In this document: positions 43,939 to 53,424 of the stretch, piece by piece
Layout: the number at the start of each line of letters is the position of its first letter
How positions within the stretch are numbered: the stretch's first letter is position 1
Source of the DNA: Blastocatellia bacterium
Lineage (GTDB): Bacteria; Acidobacteriota; Blastocatellia; UBA7656
Assembly (NCBI GenBank): GCA_963765495.1
Contig: CAVXWP010000016.1
Span: 32,001-96,000 of the forward strand
DNA length: 64,000 nt
Reading direction: 5' to 3'
Position numbers and translations under genes: made by a program
The notes under the pieces: model-generated
What the model was told of the DNA's origin: nothing
What the model saw: the letters and a program-made list of their open reading frames with translations, nothing else
Databases searched by the model: none

Positions 43939-46101
43939 CAGGTGTCTGTCAAAGAAATCCGTCGCCGCGCGGTAGGCTTCAACCCAGGTTTGATGGCGCA
44001 GGAAATCGTGGATTTCGTCGGGAAAGATCAATTGTTCGAATTCGACATCGCGTTTGCGAAGCTCTCTTATAAGGTCCACAGTCTGAGAGAACGCAACATT
44101 GCGATCATCGTCTCCGTGGATGAACAGCACAGGCGATTTCCATCTCTCTGCTGCGGAAATCGGGGAAGAATCGCGTGCCAGTTTTATTAGCTCTCTCGTA
44201 GCCCACGGGGCGCGGCTTACGCGAGCCGACCAGTCGTGGACACCGTGTATGTCTACTCCTGCCGCGAAAAGATCGGAATCTCTCGCAAGCCCCATAGCGG
44301 TCAAAAACCCTCCATAAGAGCCGCCCCATAAACCTATCCGCGCAGCGTCAATATCACTGCGGTTGCGCAGGTACTTACCCGCCGCCACTACATCCTGATA
44401 CTCGGAGGCCCCGCGCGGGCCGCGATGTTTTGCTTCGCGAAACCTGCGGCCGTAGCCTATGCCGCAACGGTAATTGACCGACAGCACCATATAACCCCGG
44501 CTCGCCAGATATTGATTCAGCGCGTAGGCGTTGTGGTAGTAAAACAGATAATGCCAGCCAAGCAACATCTGGCGCTGCGGGCCTCCGTGCATAAAAACTA
44601 TCGCGGGCAATTTGCCCGATGCGCCTCCGGGTTTGAACAACTGGCCGTGAACCTCTACCCCATCAGCCGCTTTGAATATCACCTGCTCAGGCTCTACAAG
44701 CTGGCTCGAAGGAAACCCGACCCCTTTAGCCTGTACCGCTTTAGCCTCTACCGCAAGCGGTCTCATATTCGATCCGTCAATTGATGCTATGAAGGGCTGT
44801 AGAGGGTCACGGGCCGTCGAGCGCAGGAAAGCCATCTGTCTGCCGCCGTCTATAAGAACGGGATACATCTCTATGCCGTTGCCGCGCGTGAGGGCTTCGG
44901 GCGATGTGCCGGTCAGGCTGATGCGCCAGAGGTGGCGGCGGTCTATGTCTCGGGCGTTGGCGCTGACGATCAGGAAAGAGCGGTCAGGAGACCACGCGAC
45001 GTTTTCAACTTCGTAATCGCCCGGCGTGAGAGAGATCGCTTCGCCGCCTTCGGCAGAAATGGAATACAGATGCGCCCACCCGTCGCTTTCCGAGCCGAAT
45101 ACGAGCCGATCATTTGACGCCCATTCGAGGACGTTGCGATCAAACACGCCCGAATAAGAATCTGTCTCTTCGCTGCCGGATCTCCATATCTCTTTTTCGC
45201 TCCCGCTACGCGCGTCTACGACCCGGATGGACCACGGTCGCAGCCGTTCCGCGTCTGCGGTGATCGTTTCATCTACGTTGAACAACTTGATGAAGGCAAT
45301 TCGCTTCCCGTCGGGAGACCATCGCGGTTCTATGTCCCGGTCCACACTCGGCCGAAGAAATTTGAGCCGGGAATATTGAGGTTCATAGACGGCGATAAAG
45401 CTGTGATCCCCGCGCACGGAGACGAATGCAAGACTGCTTTTGTCGGGTGACCATACGGGTGATTCGACCTGTCCGCGAATCTCAAACATTTTCTTTGCGC
45501 GGCCTCCGAGCAGGGGCGTTTCCCAGAGGTGGCCTTCACGGCTAAAGATGACACGGTCGCTTGAAGGCGAAAACATCGGGGCCAGCCCTTCGCCTATCTT
45601 GACGGGGCGGGCAGTCCTCGTGCTGACCGCCCAGACTTCCTGTCTCTGACCAAGCGGGTCGCTCGTGGGATTGGGGTATTCTCCGTCGCCGTTTGGCTCA
45701 CCGCCCCGCACGTAAGCTATCCAGTTCCCGTCGGGCGAAAATACGGGCGCGGTGATCTCCTGCCCGTCGTCTTTGTTGTAGCGGGTCAGTTGCCGCCCCC
45801 TGAACCCGGGGGCTTCGGCTATCCAGATGTTGCGACGGCCTTCCGCATAAATTATCCACGCGATCTTATCACCTCGCGGCGAAGCGATAAGATCGGTTGG
45901 GAAAGAGGCGCTCATAACCTGCTCAAGCGTGAAATCATTTGCGCGGGTATCTGCGCGAGTATTTGCACGAGTATTTGCACGAGTATTTGCACGAGTATTT
46001 GCACGAGTATTTGCACGAGTATTTGCGCTCGTGTAAAAAGGCGCTATCAGAAGAAGTGATAAGCAAAGGAGGGCAGAGATAAAGGGGCGATACATGGTCA
46101 T
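43924..46101 (-). CDS. Secreted S9 (dipeptidyl peptidase IV-like) peptidase
   Basis: GGAG RBS before ATG 46101, signal peptide, PD40 repeats, MHGGP, GGSYGG, HGDDDRNV, PDEIH. Confidence 0.9.
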   Translation of the reverse strand: MTMYRPFISALLCLSLLLIAPFYTSANTRANTRANTRANTRANTRANTRADTRANDFTLEQVMSASFPTDLIASPRGDKIAWIIYAEGRRNIWIAEAPGFRGRQLTRYNKDDGQEITAPVFSPDGNWIAYVRGGEPNGDGEYPNPTSDPLGQRQEVWAVSTRTARPVKIGEGLAPMFSPSSDRVIFSREGHLWETPLLGGRAKKMFEIRGQVESPVWSPDKSSLAFVSVRGDHSFIAVYEPQYSRLKFLRPSVDRDIEPRWSPDGKRIAFIKLFNVDETITADAERLRPWSIRVVDARSGSEKEIWRSGSEETDSYSGVFDRNVLEWASNDRLVFGSESDGWAHLYSISAEGGEAISLTPGDYEVENVAWSPDRSFLIVSANARDIDRRHLWRISLTGTSPEALTRGNGIEMYPVLIDGGRQMAFLRSTARDPLQPFIASIDGSNMRPLAVEAKAVQAKGVGFPSSQLVEPEQVIFKAADGVEVHGQLFKPGGASGKLPAIVFMHGGPQRQMLLGWHYLFYYHNAYALNQYLASRGYMVLSVNYRCGIGYGRRFREAKHRGPRGASEYQDVVAAGKYLRNRSDIDAARIGLWGGSYGGFLTAMGLARDSDLFAAGVDIHGVHDWSARVSRAPWATRELIKLARDSSPISAAERWKSPVLFIHGDDDRNVAFSQTVDLIRELRKRDVEFEQLIFPDEIHDFLRHQTWVEAYRAATDFFDRHLGSKQ
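45937..46026. repeat. In-frame 12-bp tandem repeat x7 (ANTR) just after the signal peptide
   Basis: atttgcacgagt units read directly. Confidence 0.9.
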
Positions 46102-46142
46102 GATTTCTCCTGATCGAGATGAGGATATTGTCTGGCCCGGGA

Positions 46143-47300
46143 CTAGCTCTGGGTCGAGAATTTCTTGAGCAATCCGCGCGCGATCACCAGACGTTGAAGC
46201 TCGTTTGTGCCGCCGCCGATGATAAGCAAAGGCGCGTCGCGGTAGTATCTTTCTACGGGAAAGTCTTTTGCGTAACCGTTGCCGCCCAGTATTCGCATCG
46301 CTTCGAGCGAACACTGCTGAGCCGTTTCCGTGGCAAAGAGTTTCGCCATACCGGCTTCGATGTCGCAACGCTCGCCCCTGTCTTTCTTTTCCGCCGCCGA
46401 ATAGATCAGCAACCGCGAGGCTTCTATGCTTGTAGCCATGTCAGCCAGTTTTAATTGAATCGCCTGATGCTCACAGATGGGTTTGCCAAAGGTTTTGCGC
46501 TGCTGTGAATATTTGATTGCTTCTTCGAATGCCGCCCGCGCCACTCCAAGCCCTCGCGCCGCCACGTTTATGCGCTCGGATTCAAGCCCGGTCATCACCT
46601 GCTTGAACCCTTCACCGCTGCGTCCGCCCAAAAGATTTTCCGCAGGCACACGGAAGTCTTCAAACAATAGCTCGCATGTTTCGACGCTCTTGTACCCGAG
46701 CTTATCAATATCGCGGCTTACAATAAGCCCCGGCTCCCCCTTTTCGATGATGAACGCGCTCATCCCCCGGTGCGCGGGCTGCGCGTCTTTATCGGTCTTT
46801 GCAAGCAGAAGAAAGGTATCCGCGTAGCGACCGTTTGTGACCCACATCTTCGAGCCGTTTATACGGTAGTGATCGCCGTCTCTTGCGGCTGTGGTTCGAA
46901 TCGCCTGGAGGTCTGTGCCCGCGTCAGGCTCAGACAAACAGATGCCGCCTCGCCTCGCGCCGCGCGCCAGATCAGGCAGGAATCTTTGCTTCTGCTCTTC
47001 GGTTCCAAATCTTACGATCACATCGCACAGAACCGAATGCGTGCCTACGACACCGGCGAGCCCCATCCACACTCGCGCGATCTCTTCAAAGACCATCGCA
47101 TAGATCGTATAGCTCAGATCCTGTCCGCCGTAGAGTTCGGGCACGTTTGCGCCAAACAGTCCGATCTCTTTCATCCTTTCGACGAGCGCGGTTGGATACC
47201 GATTTTTATGCTCTAATTCCGATGCGACGGGGGCGACTTCTCTTTCGAGAAACTGCCTGACGGTTTGAAGGATGAGTTGCTCTTCTTCGCTAAGTTTCAT
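46143..47300 (-). CDS. Acyl-CoA dehydrogenase
   Basis: LSEPDAGTD, INGSKMWVTNG, YSQQRKTFGKPI, GGNGY, IGGGTNELQR. Confidence 0.93.
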   Translation of the reverse strand: MKLSEEEQLILQTVRQFLEREVAPVASELEHKNRYPTALVERMKEIGLFGANVPELYGGQDLSYTIYAMVFEEIARVWMGLAGVVGTHSVLCDVIVRFGTEEQKQRFLPDLARGARRGGICLSEPDAGTDLQAIRTTAARDGDHYRINGSKMWVTNGRYADTFLLLAKTDKDAQPAHRGMSAFIIEKGEPGLIVSRDIDKLGYKSVETCELLFEDFRVPAENLLGGRSGEGFKQVMTGLESERINVAARGLGVARAAFEEAIKYSQQRKTFGKPICEHQAIQLKLADMATSIEASRLLIYSAAEKKDRGERCDIEAGMAKLFATETAQQCSLEAMRILGGNGYAKDFPVERYYRDAPLLIIGGGTNELQRLVIARGLLKKFSTQS

Positions 47301-47321
47301 ACGAATCTCAGATTTGAGATT

Positions 47322-48476
47322 TTAGCCGTGGCCCAGTGCTATGATCGAGCAGGTAAAGGATCCGGGGTTGCCGCCCAGATTGTGCGCAAGCCCCAGGCTC
47401 ATATCTTTTATCTGCCGCTCGCCTGCCCGGTCGAGCAACTGGTTATAAATTTCGTAAAGCATGCGAAGCCCGCTTGCCCCGATAGGGTGGCCAAATGATT
47501 TCAAGCCTCCGTCGGTGTTGACCGGCAAATCGCCCCCGAGGGTAAACGCGCCCGAATCGATATCTGCTTTCGCTTTGCCCGGCTCACAAAAGCCAAGGTC
47601 TTCATAGATGATGAGTTCGGTTATCGAGAAGCAATCGTGGACTTCGGCCATGCTGATTTCGCGGCGCGGGTCACGGATGCCGAGTTGATCATAGACCTGA
47701 CGGGCCGCCGCTTTTGTTTCGGGAAAGCTCGTGAAATCGAAGTCCGGGTCCATGCGCCCGGTTCCCGGACCCACCGCTAACCCCATCGCCTTGATCGTGA
47801 CATAATCTTTATTGAATCGAGGAGCAAGCTCGGTTCGAGTGATGATGGCCGCCGCTGCCCCGTCCGTGGTCGGACAGCAATCAAGCAAACCGAGCGGCGA
47901 GGCTATCATCGGAGCCTTTATCGCCTGCTCAAGTGAAATCTCCTTTTGAAAGTGGGCCTTCCGGTTTCGCGCGCCGTTGTAGTGGTTCTTCACCGATATT
48001 TTCGCAAGCTCTTCTTTACCTATGCCGTATCTGTGAAAATAGCGATTGGCGGCGAGCGCGAAGGCTCCGGGCGCGGTGTTGCCCGCGCCGATTACGGTCG
48101 AAGCAGCGCCGGGCAATCCCGAATACCCCGTGTCTTTGAGCTTTTCAAACCCCGCGACAAGCACCACGTCATAAGCGCCCGAAGCCACGGCAAAAGCGGC
48201 GTTTCGCAAAGCGTCCTGACCCGTGGCGCACATATTTTCCACGCGGGTCACGGGGATATATTGAAGCTTTAGCGGACGCGAGAGCGCCTGCCCGCTCATC
48301 CCCGATGTCAGAGTCCCTACCCACGCGGCTTCTATCTGAGCAGGCTCTACACCTGCATCCTCAAAGGCTTCAAAGCAGGCTTCGACTATCAGGTCTTCGG
48401 CGCTTTTGGTCCAGTGCTCGCCAAATTTCGTGCAGCCCATGCCGATGATCGCCACCCGGTCGCTGAGATTCTTCAT
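47322..48476 (-). CDS. Thiolase-family protein (SCP2/archaeal-type acetyl-CoA acetyltransferase)
   Basis: VENMCATG, DCCPTTDGAAA, EVHDCF, NTDGGLKSFGHPIGASG, HNLGG. Confidence 0.9.
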   Translation of the reverse strand: MKNLSDRVAIIGMGCTKFGEHWTKSAEDLIVEACFEAFEDAGVEPAQIEAAWVGTLTSGMSGQALSRPLKLQYIPVTRVENMCATGQDALRNAAFAVASGAYDVVLVAGFEKLKDTGYSGLPGAASTVIGAGNTAPGAFALAANRYFHRYGIGKEELAKISVKNHYNGARNRKAHFQKEISLEQAIKAPMIASPLGLLDCCPTTDGAAAAIITRTELAPRFNKDYVTIKAMGLAVGPGTGRMDPDFDFTSFPETKAAARQVYDQLGIRDPRREISMAEVHDCFSITELIIYEDLGFCEPGKAKADIDSGAFTLGGDLPVNTDGGLKSFGHPIGASGLRMLYEIYNQLLDRAGERQIKDMSLGLAHNLGGNPGSFTCSIIALGHG

Positions 48477-48517
48477 AATGAGTTCTCCTGTAATATTTCA
48501 ATGGTGAGGCGGGCGAG

Positions 48518-48694
48518 CTAACTGTTCGCGCCGAGCTTTTGCATAAGGCTTTCAATCAATTCTTCATCGTGTTTGAGCTTTTTCTTCATCTCGTGGCCTT
48601 CCGTCTTGTATATCTCTTCCCTCAGTGTGAAGTAATACTCTTCGACTATCTGCACAAGAAGTTCTCGCTCTTCATCCGTGACATTGATTTCCAT
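48518..48694 (-). CDS. Small 58-aa helical hypothetical protein (below ORF-track cutoff)
   Basis: AAGGAG RBS; MEINVTDEERELLVQIVEEYYFTLREEIYKTEGHEMKKKLKHDEELIESLMQKLGANS; fills the gap upstream of the thiolase. Confidence 0.7.
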   Translation of the reverse strand: MEINVTDEERELLVQIVEEYYFTLREEIYKTEGHEMKKKLKHDEELIESLMQKLGANS

Positions 48695-48808
48695 CAATCA
48701 ATCTCCTTGCATTAAGCGCAATTATTGCTTTATGAAAATAGACCCATAGTTCCTGTCGCCCTCCCGGGCCGGACAATCCGGCGCGCAAAGGCGACCCCTT
48801 GAGGAGGC

Positions 48809-49396
48809 TTATCGGCTGGCAACAAGGTTTGAATAGACTACCCACTTGCCGTCAACGAAGCCGCCCACAAGCGTGTAAGTATCTACGCCTGAATCGGTCT
48901 TCACCCGCCAGTTGCGAAAGAGCTTGTCGGGAGGTTTGCTGTCGAGTTCCAGCTTGCTTTCGGGCAGACCGTAAACCATCTTCGCAAAGTTTGCGGCATC
49001 GGTTCCGCTGACCTCGCTTCGCAAAACGCTCGGCAGCAGCGTACTCAGTCTCGACTGAGCTTCGGTGCGGGCCGCGGCCTGTTTCTGTTCCTGAGCGGTT
49101 TTGGCGGCCAGTTGTTGCCTGCATTGATCGAGGTCCGACTTGAGAGAGCCGTTTTCTTCGGCCAGTTGTTTCTTGTCGGTCTCGCTTGAGGCATACAACG
49201 CGTAGCTGGTTGACAGCAAAATGATGGCTCCGGCCATAGCCGCGCCGGTCACCATGAGCAGAAGCACCAGAAACCGCCGCTTTGCAGCCTGGTCCTGCAT
49301 GATCTGCTCTCTGATCATATCTACATCGCCCTGCGTGTAGCTGACGCTCCATCCGCCGGCGCTGTGTGAGGATTTGTCCGTCGGTGCCATAGTCAT
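48809..49396 (-). CDS. Hypothetical single-TM coiled-coil protein
   Basis: GAGG RBS, one hydrophobic segment, then a heptad-like Q/E/K-rich stretch. Confidence 0.75.
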   Translation of the reverse strand: MTMAPTDKSSHSAGGWSVSYTQGDVDMIREQIMQDQAAKRRFLVLLLMVTGAAMAGAIILLSTSYALYASSETDKKQLAEENGSLKSDLDQCRQQLAAKTAQEQKQAAARTEAQSRLSTLLPSVLRSEVSGTDAANFAKMVYGLPESKLELDSKPPDKLFRNWRVKTDSGVDTYTLVGGFVDGKWVVYSNLVASR

Positions 49397-49523
49397 TCCT
49401 CTGTAAGGTTGACGTTGACCTGATTCTTATGGTGCAAAGATACGCCCGCGCCTTCATATTACACCAATGACGGGGCTGTTGTGTAAAGGCGACGGAGGTG
49501 TTTCCAGGAACCGGAAGATGGCT

Positions 49524-49757
49524 TCACTTAAACTGGCCGAATCGCTTGAGGAGCTGGTATACATCGAGCGCGGTCCCGAAGAGACCGACAAACAGTCCTA
49601 CGAGAAACCACACGGGCCACGTGCCATAGTTTTTATCAATGTAGTAGCCGATGACCGCAGGGACCCCGATCATCCACGGAATCGCCAGCGCAAGACCAAT
49701 ACTGCTTACGGCCTGCCGCCAGCTTATCCCGTCGCCGTTGTCATCATCCGACGCCAT
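49524..49757 (-). CDS. AtpZ/AtpI-family (ATPase gene 1-like) small membrane protein
   Basis: Two TM helices with IGYYIDKNYGTWP.FLVGLFVG; starts 3 bp after the nuoN stop. Confidence 0.8.
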   Translation of the reverse strand: MASDDDNGDGISWRQAVSSIGLALAIPWMIGVPAVIGYYIDKNYGTWPVWFLVGLFVGLFGTALDVYQLLKRFGQFK

Positions 49758-49760
49758 AGC

Positions 49761-51452
49761 TCATCGTCCCCGAGGCGGCGGTGCAGGACCCATGCCCGGG
49801 CTCGGCCCCACAGGCGCTACAGGAGGTTGTGCCTCGGGCTGATTATAGGTGTAAGTCTTCAACCCTTGAGAGGTCGCAGCCTTCTGGGTCAACGCGATGA
49901 GCGGCTGCGGATATATGCCTATCAGCATGACGAGCAGCACGACCACGGCGAGCGCCGTCTGTAGAGACGGCGAAACCCTTACGGGCTGCGGTTCGCTCTC
50001 GGCCTCTATGTACATCGCTTTGATAAAGCGAATGTAATAATAGAGCGACACGGCGCTCATAAGCACGGCAAGCACGGCAAGCCTCGCAAGCCAGGGATTG
50101 CCCGTCTCGATCAATCCCATAAAGAGCCACAACTTGCCTATGAATCCGGCCGTCGGCGGTATGCCGCCAAGCGACAACAAAAAGATAGTCATCATCACCG
50201 TGAGCCACGGCGCTTTTCGCATCAACCCGTTGAAGTCTTCCAGCCGGTCGCCCGCTATTCCTCGCCTTCTGAGCGCGATTATGCAGCCGAACACGCCCAG
50301 GTTCATTATCGTGTAAATGAACAGGTAGATCACAAACCCGGTGTATCCCGTCTGGTTGCCCGCTACGAGTCCGAGCAACGTGTATCCGGCGTGCGAGATA
50401 GACGAGTAAGCCAGCAATCGCTTTGTGTTGGTTTGAGTGAGCGCGCCCAGATTTCCCCACACCATCGTGATCGCGGCGATAACTCCGAACAACACGGCCC
50501 AGCCCGGCAACCCCGGTATGTTGTTTGTAGGATCGCCCGCAATCGTGCCGCGCAAATCCGGCAGGCCGACAAGAAACATGCGCCCGAACATGGCAAAACT
50601 CGCGGCTTTGACCCCCACTGACATGAAGGCGGTTACCGGTGTGGGCGCTCCTTCATAGGCGTCGGGTGCCCACATATGAAAAGGCACGGCCGCGACTTTG
50701 AAAAACATACCCGTCGCCATCAGGATCATTGACATCAGCAGCATGTAGCGCATGTCAACTATCGTCTGAGTGTTTGAGCCGGAGTTCTGAATGACATCCA
50801 CCTTCGCAATAAGCGGGAGCGAGGCGGCGATCTGTTGCAGATTCGTGCTCCCCGTCAGCCCGTAAATAAGCGAGATGCCGTAAAGCAGCACGCCCGATGA
50901 AAAGGCTCCCAGCAGAAAGTATTTCATCGAGGCTTCGTTTGATCTTTGATCGCGCTTCAAATAACCGACCAGGATATAAACCGATATGGCCATCAATTCG
51001 AGCGAGATAAAGAGCGTCAGCAAATCTATCCCGGAAGCCATAAACATCATGCCGATTACGGAAAACAGAATCAGCGCGTAGTATTCGCCTCGCTGCTCGC
51101 CTTCTACGTCGAGATACTTTATCGACAGCAGTATCGAAAGCGCCGCCCCGATCAGAAAAATCAGCTTGAAGACAACCGCATAGTTGTCGAGGATTATCAT
51201 TTCAAAGAAGCCCGTCTGCGCGCCCTCCGTGCTTACGGTCCTGAAGTAGAGAAAGCCAAGCGAAAGGAGCGAGAATCCCACCCCGGCAAGGCTCGCCCAG
51301 GCCACGAAACGCTTTCGGTCTCGCGGAAGTAAAACGTCGAGCACGAGCGCCGCGCAGGCAAAAACAGTCAGAATGACTTCCGGCATTATCAGCGCGGATG
51401 CCTGATGGGCGATCTCTTTGAAATCAACTGCTGCTTGAAGTAGTGCTAGCAT
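49761..51452 (-). CDS. nuoN: NADH-quinone oxidoreductase subunit N
   Basis: MPEVIL, GEYYALILF, EASMKYFLLGA, FKVAAVPFHMWAPDAYEGAP, KRLLAYSSISHAG. Confidence 0.95.
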   Translation of the reverse strand: MLALLQAAVDFKEIAHQASALIMPEVILTVFACAALVLDVLLPRDRKRFVAWASLAGVGFSLLSLGFLYFRTVSTEGAQTGFFEMIILDNYAVVFKLIFLIGAALSILLSIKYLDVEGEQRGEYYALILFSVIGMMFMASGIDLLTLFISLELMAISVYILVGYLKRDQRSNEASMKYFLLGAFSSGVLLYGISLIYGLTGSTNLQQIAASLPLIAKVDVIQNSGSNTQTIVDMRYMLLMSMILMATGMFFKVAAVPFHMWAPDAYEGAPTPVTAFMSVGVKAASFAMFGRMFLVGLPDLRGTIAGDPTNNIPGLPGWAVLFGVIAAITMVWGNLGALTQTNTKRLLAYSSISHAGYTLLGLVAGNQTGYTGFVIYLFIYTIMNLGVFGCIIALRRRGIAGDRLEDFNGLMRKAPWLTVMMTIFLLSLGGIPPTAGFIGKLWLFMGLIETGNPWLARLAVLAVLMSAVSLYYYIRFIKAMYIEAESEPQPVRVSPSLQTALAVVVLLVMLIGIYPQPLIALTQKAATSQGLKTYTYNQPEAQPPVAPVGPSPGMGPAPPPRGR

Positions 51453-51480
51453 ATCTAATCTCTTTAAGTTTTGAGGCGTG

Positions 51481-51546
51481 AATTTTGAGTTTTGAATTTT
51501 CGCCTGCTGATCCCAACTCAAAACTCAAAACTTAAAACTCAAAACT
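51481..51546. repeat. Inverted GAGTTTT/AAAACTC heptamer arrays
   Basis: Between nuoM and nuoN; same family at 55828-55908. Confidence 0.75.
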
Positions 51547-51549
51547 ATC

Positions 51550-53373
51550 TCATCTGGTCTGGTCAGTCTGCTCGACGGATGGAGCGGGCTCGGATGTGCC
51601 CGGTTCCGTTTTGGTTTCAGCAAGCCTTGGTCTCTGGGCGGTCGGGGCGGTCTTAAAATAATCCGGCTGGACGAGCGCCACCACAGCTTCGGTCTGCGGG
51701 TTTATGTAAGAGAGCAAGGGCTTTGGATAAACGCCTATCCAGAAGATCAAAAGGATAAGCGGCGCAAACTGCCAGGCCTCGCGAGTATTCAAATCAGGCA
51801 ACGTCTGGTTAGCCGGATTCGTCACCTCTCCAAAGAAGACCCGCTGATAAAGCCATAGCATATAGGCCGCGCCCAGTATGATCCCGATGGTTCCAAGCGC
51901 GCCCCAAAGCGGGCGGGCTTCGAATGCGCCCCTGAGCGTCAGGAATTCGCCTATGAAATTATTCATCAACGGCAACCCGAGCGACGACAGTGTCACTATC
52001 AAAAATATGGTCGAAAATGTCGGCATCACATGAGCCAGCCCGCCGAACTGGGCTATCTCGTAAGTGTGCCGCCGCTCGTAAAGAATCCCCGCGAGCATAA
52101 AGAGCGCGCCCGTCGAGATGCCGTGATTGATCATCTGCATAACCGCGCCGTTGATCCCGTTCGGGTTGAGCGCGAAGAGTCCGAGCATGACAAATCCGAG
52201 GTGCGAGACCGATGAGTATGCGATCAGCTTCTTGACATCCTTTTGCGCCATCGCCACAAGCGCCCCATAGATGATGCCTATGATGGCGAGCGCGATCATT
52301 ACGCCTCGCACTCGCGGGTCGTTTGCGGCATCGGGAAACATCGGCAGCGAAAATCGCACAAACCCGTATGTGCCCATCTTCAGCAGTACGCCTGCCAGTA
52401 TGACCGACCCGGCAGTCGGCGCGTCATAGTGCGCATCCGGCAGCCACGTGTGGAACGGAAACATCGGAACCTTTATCGCAAACGAAAGCGAAAAACCTGC
52501 AAAAAGCCATATCACGAGACCAAGCCCAAATACCGATTTGATATGCGGCCCCATTGCCGTCAGCGCCACGATATTGAACGAACTGCGAACATACCCGGAA
52601 GGGAGCGGCGTCTTACCGTCGGCCCGATTCATAGCGTCTTCAGCCAGAGCGAGCATTTTACTGTTTACCTGCCCGACTCGCTCGGGGTCGGTCAGGCTGC
52701 TCGAAGCGTACTGCCGTGCGGTCGCTTCGACTTCGACCCGTTTGGTTTGAACTATTTCGGGGAAGATAAAGTAGAGCTTCAAAACGGCAAGCAACATGAC
52801 GACCGATCCTACAAGGGTATAGAGGAAGAACTTGATTGCCGAATAGAGCCGGTTCTTGCCGCCCCATATGCCTATCAGAAAATACATTGGGACGAGCATC
52901 ACTTCCCAGAAGACGAAGAATAAAAACAGATCGGCGGCTACGAACGCGCCTATCATGCCGCTTTGAAGCAGCAGCAGCATGATGTAGTACTCTTTTTCAC
53001 GCCCCTTCTCTCGAATATAAGACCACGAGCAGATGACGGCCAGCACTCCGAGCAGCGTCGTCAGAATCACAAGCACGAGCGAGAGACCGTCTACGCCAAG
53101 TTGATAACGCGCGCCGATGAGCGGTATCCATTCGTGATCCTCTATGAATTGCAGACCGCCGAGCGCCCGGTCGTAACCGTGATTGTTCCCACCCAGCCCC
53201 GTAAGCAGCGGCACCGAAATCAAAAAACATAAGACGATCCAGAGATTTGCGAACCATCGGATTCGGTCATTTCTCACGCTGTTGAAAAACAGCAGGATGA
53301 TCGCTCCAACAGCAGGCAACCACGTCACCCACGAGAGGATGCCTATCTTGAAAAACTCTATCTCACCAGGCAT
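51550..53373 (-). CDS. nuoM: NADH-quinone oxidoreductase subunit M
   Basis: LGVDGLS, FWEVMLVPMYFLIGIWG, IKVPMFPFHTWLPDAH, LLKMGTYG, YSSVSHLG. Confidence 0.95.
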   Translation of the reverse strand: MPGEIEFFKIGILSWVTWLPAVGAIILLFFNSVRNDRIRWFANLWIVLCFLISVPLLTGLGGNNHGYDRALGGLQFIEDHEWIPLIGARYQLGVDGLSLVLVILTTLLGVLAVICSWSYIREKGREKEYYIMLLLLQSGMIGAFVAADLFLFFVFWEVMLVPMYFLIGIWGGKNRLYSAIKFFLYTLVGSVVMLLAVLKLYFIFPEIVQTKRVEVEATARQYASSSLTDPERVGQVNSKMLALAEDAMNRADGKTPLPSGYVRSSFNIVALTAMGPHIKSVFGLGLVIWLFAGFSLSFAIKVPMFPFHTWLPDAHYDAPTAGSVILAGVLLKMGTYGFVRFSLPMFPDAANDPRVRGVMIALAIIGIIYGALVAMAQKDVKKLIAYSSVSHLGFVMLGLFALNPNGINGAVMQMINHGISTGALFMLAGILYERRHTYEIAQFGGLAHVMPTFSTIFLIVTLSSLGLPLMNNFIGEFLTLRGAFEARPLWGALGTIGIILGAAYMLWLYQRVFFGEVTNPANQTLPDLNTREAWQFAPLILLIFWIGVYPKPLLSYINPQTEAVVALVQPDYFKTAPTAQRPRLAETKTEPGTSEPAPSVEQTDQTR

Positions 53374-53424
53374 AGCAGAGTGCTCCTATCTGAAATCTCA
53401 GATTCGAGATTTGGAAGTTGAAAT

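Noticed and set aside
46102-46368. N-terminal extension of the 814-aa S9 ORF
   Set aside because: Overlaps the acyl-CoA dehydrogenase 3' end; RBS and signal peptide start at 46101.
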